A DNA stretch of 36,460 nt from a virus. Taxonomy: Duplodnaviria > Heunggongvirae > Uroviricota > Caudoviricetes. A program made the translations under genes and the position numbers. Position 1 is the stretch's first letter. Each line of letters opens with the position of its first letter. Of the stretch, positions 1 to 9,402 are shown in pieces. Under the pieces are notes generated by a model. It worked only from the letters and a program-made list of their open reading frames with translations, was not told where the DNA came from and ran no database searches. The DNA is taken from the IMG/VR virus record IMGVR_UViG_2534681674_000020, positions 1-36,460 of that record. The stretch is one strand, 5' to 3'.

Positions 1-1
1 A

Positions 2-622
2 AATCCAATTAGATTCAGCGCAGAGTCATTAGATATTATTGAGAAAAAATTGTCTTCTCCAGATTTTAAGCATACCAACTGGGGAGATGATGATTTGCAA
101 GTTCTCCGTGCAGAAATTAGAAATCATTACAGAGAAGAACAAAAGCTAGAATGTGTATATTGTCATGAGCCTATTGGGGTAAGAGCTGCACAAGCTGCTC
201 CTATAGAGCATATTGTGCCAAAATCTCAATATCTATGTTTTATTTTTGAACCTAAGAATCTATGTGTAGTATGTCCTGACTGCAATGAATTCAAAGGTAA
301 AAATGAAGTGTTATTTGAACCCGTAATAAATGGGGGGCGGCGCAAAAACTATCCAACTGCATCTGCATCATTTCGCATCGTTCATCCACATATAGATGAT
401 TATGAGATGCATATTATAAAAGCAAATCGTGTTTATGTGGACAAAACACCTAAAGGGCACTATACCATTGGAATATGTAAACTAAATAGATTTTTTCATT
501 ATTTTGGGATGTGTGATGAATTTGTTAATGATGCAAAAATTGCTGAGGCAAATGAAAATTTTTTCAAAAAAGGTAGTATTACTACTAATGAATTATTGGA
601 TGATGACATTCATTTGATTTAA
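2..622 (+). CDS. HNH-family nuclease domain protein, 5'-partial (reading frame open to window start; listed ORF begins at TTG 50)
   Basis: Frame is open from nt 2 with no stop before 622. Translation shows a CxxC...HIVP...N...CxxCN..K pattern typical of HNH endonucleases. Strongly AT-rich relative to neighbouring phage genes. Confidence 0.5.
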   Translation, partial: NPIRFSAESLDIIEKKLSSPDFKHTNWGDDDLQVLRAEIRNHYREEQKLECVYCHEPIGVRAAQAAPIEHIVPKSQYLCFIFEPKNLCVVCPDCNEFKGKNEVLFEPVINGGRRKNYPTASASFRIVHPHIDDYEMHIIKANRVYVDKTPKGHYTIGICKLNRFFHYFGMCDEFVNDAKIAEANENFFKKGSITTNELLDDDIHLI

Positions 623-935
623 CTATGAATTATTATATTGTAAAGTAATCAGGTAAGATATGTTAGACAGTGAGACTATTGCCTTACAGAATTCATTATT
701 CTTATGGATCGCCTTTCTGACTGATTTCATATTGGCGGGGTAACGGGAGTTAAGTAGAATGGCTGCGGGTGCTTGAGGCTATCTGTCTCAGGCATGAACA
801 CCAAAGGCAGATAGAGAAAAGCCCCAGTTAACATTACGCGTCCTGCAAGACGCTTAACATTAATCTGAGGCCAATTTCATGCTAGACACATGTAGGTTAG
901 CCTCTTACGTGCCGAAAGGCAAGGAGAAGCAGGCT

Positions 936-1091
936 ATGAAGCAGCAAAAGGCGATGTTAATCGCCCTGATCGTCATCTGTTTAACCGTCATAGTGACGGC
1001 ACTGGTAACGAGGAAAGACCTCTGCGAGGTACGAATCCGAACCGGCCAGACGGAGGTCGCTGTCTTCACAGCTTACGAACCTGAGGAGTAA
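936..1091 (+). CDS. hok: Hok/Gef-family type I toxin (51 aa), HokD/RelF-like
   Basis: Translation MKQQKAMLIALIVICLTVIVTALVTRKDLCEVRIRTGQTEVAVFTAYEPEE matches Hok-family membrane toxins. Strong SD AAGGAGAAG at 921-929. An in-frame upstream extension from 879 gives a 70-aa mok-like frame. Confidence 0.85.
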   Translation: MKQQKAMLIALIVICLTVIVTALVTRKDLCEVRIRTGQTEVAVFTAYEPEE

Positions 1092-1161
1092 GAGACCCGG
1101 CGAGGGAGAAATCCCTCGCCACCTCTGATGTGGCAGGCATCCTCAACGCACCCGCACTTAA

Positions 1162-1190
1162 CCCGCTTCGGCGGGTTTTTGTTTTTATTT
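1162..1190 (+). terminator. Rho-independent terminator after hok
   Basis: GC hairpin cccgc-ttcg-gcggg followed by a T-run (tttttgttttt). Confidence 0.6.
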
Positions 1191-1307
1191 TCAACGCGTT
1201 TGAAGTTCTGGACGGCGCCGGAATAGAATCAAAAATACTTAAGTAGCGCGCAGGGATAAGAGGGATGGTCCCTTAAAGGGGAGAGCTAATTATCCGGAAG
1301 GATTCTG

Positions 1308-1559
1308 ATGATGAACATCGAAGAACTGCGTAAAATTTTTTGTGAAGATGGCCTCTATGCTGTGTGCGTTGAAAATGGAAATCTTGTTAGTCATTACCGC
1401 ATTATGTGTTTGCGAAAGAATGGGGCTGCGTTAATTAATTTTGTGGATGGTCGAGTGACAGACGGATTTATCTTGCGCGAAGGTGAGTTTGTCACTTCAT
1501 TACAGGCACTGAAAGAGATCGGAATAAAAGCAGGCTTTTCAGCTTTTGCAGAAGAATAA
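1308..1559 (+). CDS. rem: Small prophage protein, Rem-like (83 aa)
   Basis: 83-aa ORF with SD-like GGAAGGA upstream. Position between hok and the DUF968 gene matches the hokD-rem-ydfU arrangement I recall from the Qin prophage. Function unknown. Confidence 0.5.
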   Translation: MMNIEELRKIFCEDGLYAVCVENGNLVSHYRIMCLRKNGAALINFVDGRVTDGFILREGEFVTSLQALKEIGIKAGFSAFAEE

Positions 1560-1625
1560 ACTCATCTACAATCTTGCGCGGGGCTGAACTCCCGCTGAGT
1601 AACACCGTGCCACCGGAGAAAACCG

Positions 1626-1904
1626 ATGGCACGCAACGTAAAATATTACAATTCTGATAATTCGCCCGTTCTTGCCTGCACGCACGAGCGGTATTCTCAC
1701 GCATTCAAGTCTGAATGGTTCCAACACCCTCCATGTACTGAAGAGCAGGCTGAATGGATAATTCAGTGTTACCGCAGGCGCGGATACGAGGTTAAGAAAG
1801 CCCTTAGTCTCGACTACCGTCACTGGATAATCTCCGTCAGGCTTCCTTACTCTGAACGCCCACCGCGTCCGTCTCGCACATTCCAGCAACGCATCTGGAG
1901 GTAA
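1626..1904 (+). CDS. Hypothetical protein (92 aa); possibly a frame-shifted or overlapping leader of the downstream DUF968 gene
   Basis: ORF from the six-frame track. The Pro/Arg-rich C-terminal tail looks atypical, so boundaries are uncertain. Confidence 0.3.
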   Translation: MARNVKYYNSDNSPVLACTHERYSHAFKSEWFQHPPCTEEQAEWIIQCYRRRGYEVKKALSLDYRHWIISVRLPYSERPPRPSRTFQQRIWR

Positions 1905-1905
1905 C

Positions 1906-2955
1906 GTGCGGGTATTACTTCGACCTGTTCTGGTACCGGAACTCGGGCTGGTGATCGTTAAGCCGGGCCGTGAATCCATGCCAGTATTCCACAATACCCG
2001 GGTATTGATGGAGCCGGAACCGAAAAGCATGCGTAATCTGCCGTCCGGGGTCGTTCCTGCCGTTCGCCAGCCGCTGGTGGAAGACAAAACATTGCTGCCG
2101 TTTTTCAGTAACGCACGGGTGATTCGTGCTGCTGGTGGTGCTGGTGCATTGTCTGACTGGCTGTTGCGTCACGTGAAATCCTGCCAGTGGCCACACGGCG
2201 ATTATCATCACAGCGAAACTGTCATTCACCGTTATGGTACCGGCGCAATGGTGTTGTGCTGGCACTGCGACAACCAGCTGCGTGACCAGACATCCGAATC
2301 ACTCGAGCAACTTGCTCATCAAAACCTGTCAGCATGGATGATTGACGTCATCGGTCACGCAATAAGCGGTACGCAGGAGCGTGAATTATCTTTGGCTGAA
2401 TTATCCTGGTGGGCGGTCCGCAATCAGGTGGCGGACGCGCTACCGGAAGCGGTATTACGTCGTTCGCTGGGGGTGCGTGCGGAAAAAATCCGCTCAATGT
2501 ACCGTGAAAGCGACATCGTGCCGGGAGAGCAGACCGCCACCAGCATACTGAAGCAGCGCACAAAAAATATTGCGTTACTGCCTGACGTCCACCAGCAACA
2601 GAACCCACCACAGGAAAAGACGGTGGTCAGCATTGCCGTTGATCCTGAGTCTCCGGAATCTTTCATGAAACGACCTAAACGTCGCCGCTGGGTTAACGAG
2701 AAATACACACGCTGGGTGAAGACTCAGCCGTGTGCGTGTTGTGGTAAGCCAGCCGACGATCCCCATCACCTGATTGGTCATGGTCAGGGCGGAATGGGGA
2801 CAAAATCTCACGATATTTTCACGCTACCGCTGTGTCGGGAGCATCACAACGAGCTTCATGCGGATCCGCTGGCGTTCGAAGAAAAGCATGGCTCTCAGGT
2901 TGATTTAATTTTTCGTTTTCTTGATCACGCCTTTGCAACTGGCGTGCTTGGGTAA
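1906..2955 (+). CDS. DUF968 (YdfU-like) prophage protein with C-terminal Cys/His-rich HNH-like motif
   Basis: 349-aa ORF. C-terminus has CACCG...PHHLIGHG...CREHHNELH. Position upstream of rusA and Q matches the nin-like region. Start is uncertain (GTG 1906 or ATG 1978). Confidence 0.65.
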   Translation: MRVLLRPVLVPELGLVIVKPGRESMPVFHNTRVLMEPEPKSMRNLPSGVVPAVRQPLVEDKTLLPFFSNARVIRAAGGAGALSDWLLRHVKSCQWPHGDYHHSETVIHRYGTGAMVLCWHCDNQLRDQTSESLEQLAHQNLSAWMIDVIGHAISGTQERELSLAELSWWAVRNQVADALPEAVLRRSLGVRAEKIRSMYRESDIVPGEQTATSILKQRTKNIALLPDVHQQQNPPQEKTVVSIAVDPESPESFMKRPKRRRWVNEKYTRWVKTQPCACCGKPADDPHHLIGHGQGGMGTKSHDIFTLPLCREHHNELHADPLAFEEKHGSQVDLIFRFLDHAFATGVLG

Positions 2956-2967
2956 AAGAGGTGACTG

Positions 2968-3327
2968 ATGCTCATAGATTTGGTTTTACCTTACCCGCCG
3001 ACGGTGAACACTTACTGGCGACGCCGTGGCAGCACATATTTTATCTCGGAGGAGGGAAAGCGTTATCGCCGGGCTGTGGCGCTTATTGTTCGCCAGCAGC
3101 GGCTGAAATTAAGCCTGTCCGGAAGGCTGGCGATAAAGATTATTGCAGAGCCACCGGATAAGCGCCGTCGTGATCTGGACAATATCCTGAAAGCACCGCT
3201 GGATGCGCTGACGCATGCCGGACTTCTCATAGACGACGAGCAGTTTGATGAAATCAATATTGTGCGCGGTCAGCTCGTTTCTGGTGGGCGGCTGGGCGTG
3301 AAGATTTACAAAATTGAAAGTGAGTGA
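2968..3327 (+). CDS. rusA: Holliday junction resolvase RusA
   Basis: 119-aa product with the conserved RRRDLDN core and overall collinearity with E. coli RusA. SD AAAGAGGTGA upstream. Confidence 0.85.
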   Translation: MLIDLVLPYPPTVNTYWRRRGSTYFISEEGKRYRRAVALIVRQQRLKLSLSGRLAIKIIAEPPDKRRRDLDNILKAPLDALTHAGLLIDDEQFDEINIVRGQLVSGGRLGVKIYKIESE

Positions 3328-3890
3328 GCATAAATATGATATACCCGGAAATTACAGGCAAAAGCGGTGAGCATTTACGCCTGAAAACGCTGGAAAGTGT
3401 CTGGATCCAGGGGAAACTGCGTATGTGGGGGCGTTGGTCGTATATTGGCGACGGTAAGACGGGAAATATGTTCAACCAATTACTGACCTCTAAAAAGCTG
3501 ACAAAAACGGCAATTAACGAGGCGCTCCGGAGGATGAAAAAAGCGGGTCTGGACAAACCTGAACTTGAGGCTTTTTTGCGGGATATGATCAACGGCAATC
3601 AAAAAAGCTGGCTGGCACATTGTACCGATTCAGAGGCGTTAATAATCGACAGGGTTATTGGTGAAGTACTGGCAGGTTATCCCGGGCTGCTCAATGTTCT
3701 GAGTCAGCGTTATGTGGGGCGGGGGATGACTAAGCGCAAAATGGCTGAACTGCTGAATGATGCACATCCGGAATGGAGTTTAAGAACCTGTGAAAGACGC
3801 ATTGAGCATTGGCTAAAGGTGGCAGAATTTATTTTGTACAAACCAATGGTTATGGCTTTTGGTATAGAGAAAAAAGTTATTGCTTTTTGA
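3324..3890 (+). CDS. Late-gene antitermination protein Q-like
   Basis: 188-aa ORF directly after rusA and directly before a tR'-like terminator and the late genes. Called by synteny with lambdoid phages; the Q family was not verified by motif. Start may be GTG 3324 or ATG 3336. Confidence 0.55.
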   Translation: MSINMIYPEITGKSGEHLRLKTLESVWIQGKLRMWGRWSYIGDGKTGNMFNQLLTSKKLTKTAINEALRRMKKAGLDKPELEAFLRDMINGNQKSWLAHCTDSEALIIDRVIGEVLAGYPGLLNVLSQRYVGRGMTKRKMAELLNDAHPEWSLRTCERRIEHWLKVAEFILYKPMVMAFGIEKKVIAF

Positions 3891-3968
3891 CGTAAAAACT
3901 GCTTCAATTCCGGTAAGCTTCGCAAAGCTGTACCGCGAGGCGAATAGCAGACATGGACATTTGAAAGA

Positions 3969-3991
3969 GCCCGCTTTTTGCGGGTTTTTTT
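3969..3991 (+). terminator. tR'-like rho-independent terminator downstream of Q
   Basis: Hairpin gcccgc-ttttt-gcgggt followed by a run of seven T. Position is typical of the lambdoid late-operon terminator that Q antiterminates. Confidence 0.65.
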
Positions 3992-4113
3992 ATGACTGAA
4001 AAACGGCACGGGGCGTTAAATGCGCTGGTGGTTGCGAATACCGGTCTTTCTGCTTACTGGCTTTTTGGACAAGAGTTATTGGTATGTCACGTTAACCAAA
4101 AGGGAAAAAAGAC

Positions 4114-4311
4114 ATGCTAAAACAGCAGGATATGACAGAAACCGCCAGAGTGGTGTTTAATGAATTAAGCGTTACCGACCCGGCGACAGTCGGGGAGATT
4201 GCGCAGAATACTTACCTTTCACGCGAACGCTGCCAGTTAATACTGACCCAGCTTGTTATGGCGGGTCTGGCAGACTATCAGTTCGGTTGTTACAGACGCC
4301 TTCCGCAGTGA
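4114..4311 (+). CDS. Small winged-helix protein, PapI/FaeA-like (65 aa)
   Basis: ORF of 65 aa. The central segment (VTDPATVGEIAQNTYLSRERCQLILTQLVMAGL) resembles the PapI/FaeA HTH pattern by eye. Lies immediately upstream of a DNA methyltransferase. Confidence 0.45.
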   Translation: MLKQQDMTETARVVFNELSVTDPATVGEIAQNTYLSRERCQLILTQLVMAGLADYQFGCYRRLPQ

Positions 4312-4461
4312 AGGCTTTTTTATTTGTGGTAAATGGGCGGCTGGTGGGTGTTAGGGGCACCTACCAGCCATCTGCTCATGCGTTGGGTTCACAAGCAAAC
4401 CTCAGGCCCACTGCTTTGCGCAAAAGCAGAATGAGCCTATCAGAGACAGGCTTAATGATCC

Positions 4462-5538
4462 ATGCTTAATACTGTAAAAATATCCAGTTGTGAGTTAATC
4501 AACGCTGATTGCCTGGAATTTATCCAGACCTTACCGGAAAACTCTGTCGATCTGATAGTCACAGACCCGCCATACTTTAAAGTGAAGCCCGAGGGCTGGG
4601 ATAACCAGTGGAAGGGCGACGATGATTACCTGAAGTGGCTGGACCAGTGTCTGGCGCAGTTCTGGCGGGTGCTGAAACCTGCCGGAAGTCTTTACCTGTT
4701 CTGTGACCATCGCCTGGCATCTGACATTGAAATCATGATGCGTGAACGCTTCAATGTGCTGAACCATATTATCTGGGCGAAGCCGTCCGGACGCTGGAAC
4801 GGGTGCAACAAGGAAAGCCTGCGGGCGTATTTTCCGGCCACAGAACGCATTCTGTTCGCGGAACATTATCAGGGGCCGTATCGTCCGAAAGATGATGGCG
4901 ATGAGGCGAAGGGCAGGGCACTGAAACAGCATGTGATGGCCCCGCTGATTTCTTACTTTCGTGATGCGCGTGCTGCTCTTGGGATAACAGCAAAACAGAT
5001 TGCAGATGCCACAGGAAAGAAAAACATGGTGTCGCACTGGTTCAGTGCCAGTCAGTGGCAGCTACCGAACGAAAGCGATTATCTGAAATTACAGTCGCTG
5101 TTTGCCCGGGTGGCAGAAGAGAAACATCAGCGGGGAGAACTGGAAAAGTCCCATTACCAACTGGTCAGCACATACAGTGAGCTGAACCGACAGTACATGG
5201 AACTGCTGAGTGAATATAAAAATTTGCGGCGGTATTTCGGTGTGACGGTGCAGGTGCCGTACACCGATGTGTGGACGCATAAACCGGTGCAGTACTATCC
5301 AGGGAAACATCCGTGCGAAAAACCGGCAGAAATGCTGCGGCAGATAATCTGCGCGAGCAGTCGTCCGGGTGACCTGGTGGCGGATTTTTTCATGGGTTCT
5401 GGCTCAACCATAAAAGCAGCTATGGCGCTCGGGCGTCGTGCAACTGGTGTTGAACTGGAGGCAGAACGTTTTGCGCAGACCGTTAAGGAGATTAGTCACA
5501 TCCTTACATGCTCAATTGATGACGGGAAGGATGAATAA
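4462..5538 (+). CDS. Orphan DNA methyltransferase (beta-class amino-MTase; N6-adenine or N4-cytosine)
   Basis: 358-aa product with a DPPY catalytic motif near the N-terminus and an FxGxG AdoMet-binding motif (DFFMGSGST) near the C-terminus. No cognate restriction gene is visible. Confidence 0.85.
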   Translation: MLNTVKISSCELINADCLEFIQTLPENSVDLIVTDPPYFKVKPEGWDNQWKGDDDYLKWLDQCLAQFWRVLKPAGSLYLFCDHRLASDIEIMMRERFNVLNHIIWAKPSGRWNGCNKESLRAYFPATERILFAEHYQGPYRPKDDGDEAKGRALKQHVMAPLISYFRDARAALGITAKQIADATGKKNMVSHWFSASQWQLPNESDYLKLQSLFARVAEEKHQRGELEKSHYQLVSTYSELNRQYMELLSEYKNLRRYFGVTVQVPYTDVWTHKPVQYYPGKHPCEKPAEMLRQIICASSRPGDLVADFFMGSGSTIKAAMALGRRATGVELEAERFAQTVKEISHILTCSIDDGKDE

Positions 5539-6760
5539 AGATATGGTCAGTTCAGGCTGTGAAGCAAGTAGACAGATAAGGCTGCAATAAAAACTGACAA
5601 TAGTAAAATAGCTTTTTCCCAGGTAGTCATGAATACGATCTCTTAAAGCGCCCGCTGATACCAGCGGGCAATACATACTGGCATTAATGTTAAGTTCAGG
5701 GATAATTCATCGTATTTTGTGGTACGACGCTATCAATATTAATAAAAAGTATTTTTCATGTAAAATTTCTGTTTTTTTGATCTGATTCTCGTTTCCTGGG
5801 TTATGATGTTGTTGTGAACCATGCTGTTGAATGATAATGTTCGGGTATAAAATTGTTGCTGATATGTAGCGCAGTGAGCAGGTGGTATTTCTGTTGCTGA
5901 GTGTACGGATACAGTGCTTCCCTCCCTCAGCGGGGGGGCAGGTGTGCTGTGGTTTTAGAGACACCGGAAACGAGAATGATGCGGGTTTGCTGGTGCCGGG
6001 ATAGAGTCGCCGGAGGTCATGACATAGAGCAAAAAAGGAATGTGCATGCAAATACACACCTCTTCGGAGAGCTCTTCTTTATATGGATGAGCCTCAAGGT
6101 CAATAGTTTATCTGTTATGTATTCATATGTTGTTACTTATATAATCCATACGGGCATATCATCAGTACACACATACTATTATGGCATTTTATTTTTGTTT
6201 TAACTGAATTCCCGGGGCACTCTTTTTGATTTCTGATAAGGAACCAGAATTTTCTGTTAAATGGTGTCACGTTGTAAATGGTTAATGGAAGCAGCTTATT
6301 ATCCATAATCACACCTGAGTTAACAGGTGTGAGAATACTTCCGGGTGGCAGGAACACATCTGACTGATACCAGATTATCAACTTTATTTTACACCATACA
6401 GTTGAAAACGTTATTCCGCTTGATGGGCATATCACTGTGTCAATAACTATCCATTCCATCTTTTAACCTTCTCGGTACACATTGCTTTCGATTGTTTTGC
6501 TAAAAATCATAGTCAATAAATCAGTGTAACTCATTGAAAAAGATCGTCTTCTTTGTCTTCCTGGGGTTTTCTTTTCTAATTTTGTATCACTTTGGTTCAA
6601 GTTGTTTCATTTTTTTGTAATACAAATTAGCAGGATGAGCGGGAATATAAAAAAATCGGATGTTTTTGTAATGGATATTATTTTTTTGTAAAATAATGTA
6701 TTTTTATTTAAATCTCTATCAGAAAAGAATTTATTGTTCCTTTATATGGTGGAAAAGGTC

Positions 6761-8697
6761 ATGGTATTTAAACACTACGATGTGGTCAGGGCGGCGTCGC
6801 CGTCAGATCTTGCGGAAAAGCTGACACAAAAACTGAAGGAGGGGTGGCAGCCATTTGGCAGCCCGGTGGCCATCACGCCTTATACTCTGATGCAGGCCAT
6901 TGCGGCGGAAGGTGATGTCACCACACCTGTGTTGGTGAAGCCGTCGGATGGAGAAGGCACAGTAATCAGCGCCACCAGAGACCCGGAGTATTACTTTGTT
7001 GTGGTTCTGGCGGGGCAGTCAAACAGCATGGCATATGGTGAAGGCCTTCCGCTGCCGGAGACATATGACCGTCCGGACCCGCGTATTAAGCAGCTGGCGC
7101 GCCGCAGTACGGTGACACCGGGCGGTGCAGCATGCAAATATAACGACATCATTCCGGCGGACCATTGTCTGCATGATGTGCAGGACATGAGCCGCCTTAA
7201 CCATCCGAAAGCGGACCTGTCAAAGGGGCAGTACGGAACCGTGGGGCAGGGGCTGCATATCGCCAAAAAACTGCTGCCGTTTATACCGGCGAATGCGGGC
7301 ATTCTGCTGGTTCCGTGCTGTCGTGGTGGTTCAGCGTTCACCACCGGAGCTGATGGCACATACAGTGACGCGAGTGGTGCTTCGGAGAATTCAACCCGCT
7401 GGGGTGTGGACAAGCCGCTGTATAAGGACCTTATCGGTCGAACAAAAGCAGCACTGAAGAAGAACCCGAAAAATGTGCTGCTTGCCGTGGTGTGGATGCA
7501 GGGGGAATTTGATTTTGGCGGTACGCCGGCAAATCACGCAGCACAGTTTGGTGCGCTGGTTGATAAATTCCGTGCAGACCTGGCGGATATGGCAGGTCAG
7601 TGCGTCGGTGGATCTGCTGACGGTGTTCCCTGGATATGCGGGGACACGACGTATTTCTGGAAGCAGAAGAACGAATCCTCGTACCAGACGGTGTACGGCA
7701 GCTACAAAAACAAACGGAAAAGAATATCCATTTCGTACCGTTCATGACGGATGAGAACGGGGTGAATGTGCCGACGAACAAACCGGAAGAAGACCCGGAC
7801 ATTCCGGGTATCGGATATTACGGTTCGAAATGGCGTGACAGCTCAGCCACCTGGACGTCACAGGACAGGGCGAGCCATTTCAGCGCCTGGGCACGCCGCG
7901 GGATTATTTCCGACCGTCTGGCAACGGCGATTTTGCGCCATGCGGGAGGAGTGGCGCTAAACGCGGGGGCATCATCGACAGTATCAGAGGTGCGCCCGTC
8001 ATCGCCTTCCGGTGCAGAAGCCACAGGCGTCACAACACTGCTCTCTTACCTTGCCAGCGAGTCAGAGGGAAGCCTGAAAGTACAGGGATGGTCAGCCAGT
8101 GGCGGCAGGGCAGAAGTGGTCAGCGATGCGGAGGGAACCGGAGGTAAGGCAGTGAAGCTGACCAAGGAAGCCGGTAAAAGCAGCTGGGTGCTGGAGTACG
8201 CCGCGGGCAACGGTGCGGCTCTGTTACAGAAAGGGGGGCAGATTCGCTGCCGCTTTAAGGTTTCGGGAGCGCTGGCTGCGAACCAGTATGTTATGGCGTT
8301 TTACTGGCCGGTATCTTCACTGCCACAGGGCGTTGCCCTGACCGGAGACGGGGGGAATAACCTGCTGGCAGCGTTCTACATCCAGACAGATGCAAAAGAC
8401 CTGAATGTGATGTACCACAATGCGAAAGTGGCGACAAACAACCTGAAACTGGGAAGCTTTGGCGCATTTGATAACGAATGGCATGCGCTGGCTTTCCGCT
8501 TTGCCGGGAATAACAGCCTTCAGGTGACGCCGGTTATTGATGGTCAGGATGGTACACCGTTCACGCTGACGCAGTCACCGGTCAGTGCCTTTGCGGCGGA
8601 TAAACTGCATGTGACAGACATTACCAGAGGTGCGACTTACCCGGTACTGATAGACAGCATTGCGGTGGAAGTGAACAGCACAGACACTGCGGCATGA
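6761..8697 (+). pseudogene. nanS-p: Prophage sialate O-acetylesterase NanS-p-like (DUF1737 + SGNH/SASA esterase), disrupted by a frameshift
   Basis: Two overlapping ORFs (6734..7747 in frame 2, 7636..8697 in frame 1) together form one approximately 645-aa protein. N-terminus MVFKHYDVVRAASPSDLAEKL is DUF1737-like. Frame change lies within 7630-7747, probably in the A-rich tract around 7705-7716. SD GGAAAAGG before ATG 6761. Confidence 0.7.
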
Positions 8698-8833
8698 TAA
8701 AAAAACCGCCAGCGACAGGAATGGACGCTGGCGGTGGTAATACCTATGGAGAAAAAATAAAGGAACGATACTTTCGTGCTCTGGTTTTTTAAATGAAAAC
8801 AGTTCTTATTGTCAACAATAACGGAAAGAAATT

Positions 8834-9013
8834 ATGACATTTCTGAACCAGTTAATGCTGTACTTCTGTACGGTGGTCTGTGTGCTGTATCTCCTTTCGG
8901 GTGGATACCGGGCCATGCGTGACGTCTGGCGCAGACAGATTGACAAAAGGGCCGCTGAGAAAATCAGCGCCAGTCAGTCAGCCGGAAGCAAACCCGAAGA
9001 GCCGCTCATTTAG
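8834..9013 (+). CDS. Small putative membrane protein (59 aa)
   Basis: ATG at 8834 with a hydrophobic N-terminal segment (LMLYFCTVVCVLYLL). Below the ORF-track length cutoff; found by manual translation. Confidence 0.3.
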   Translation: MTFLNQLMLYFCTVVCVLYLLSGGYRAMRDVWRRQIDKRAAEKISASQSAGSKPEEPLI

Positions 9014-9053
9014 CGGCAACTTTCTTAATCACATCTTTCGACGAGAAAATCCC

Positions 9054-9326
9054 ATGTCAGAAATTACATCCCTGGTCACTGCTGAGGCAGTGAAGGAAGT
9101 CCTGCGCTCTGAAGAAGTCCTGAGCGCACTGAAACAAAAACTTCGCCATAACCTGGAAGCGCGTCTTGATGCAGAGGTTGATGCCATTCTGGATGAGCTG
9201 CTTGGTGTACAGGCAGAGCCACCGACTGAAGCGGGAGATACCACCGCAGAGAGCGGTGAAGTTCAGCCTGAATCACCGGTCGCCGATGCGACTGAACCTC
9301 AACCCGAATCGGTCATGATGCTGTAA
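9054..9326 (+). CDS. Hypothetical acidic protein (90 aa)
   Basis: Internal ATG 9054 of ORF 8880..9326, beginning [16 protein letters not shown]. Lies upstream of the holin. Confidence 0.35.
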   Translation: MSEITSLVTAEAVKEVLRSEEVLSALKQKLRHNLEARLDAEVDAILDELLGVQAEPPTEAGDTTAESGEVQPESPVADATEPQPESVMML

Positions 9327-9402
9327 CGGGGAGTCAGGGCCATCAGTAAACAGCTGCTGGCCTTTTTCATGTTGTGAGCTTCCGGATAACGGGAGACGGG
9401 GT

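Noticed and set aside
1566-2087. 173-aa minus-strand ORF overlapping the 92-aa ORF and the DUF968 gene start
   Set aside because: It conflicts with the better-supported plus-strand genes and has a low-complexity Arg/Thr/Gly-rich sequence.
5539-6760. Possibility that the AT-rich tract encodes Shiga toxin (stxAB) or tRNA genes as in Stx phages
   Set aside because: No stxA/stxB-like coding sequence or ORF of suitable size and composition is present. I found no canonical tRNA T-loop or D-loop; a weak resemblance near 5990-6030 is too degenerate to call. A tRNAscan-SE run would settle it.
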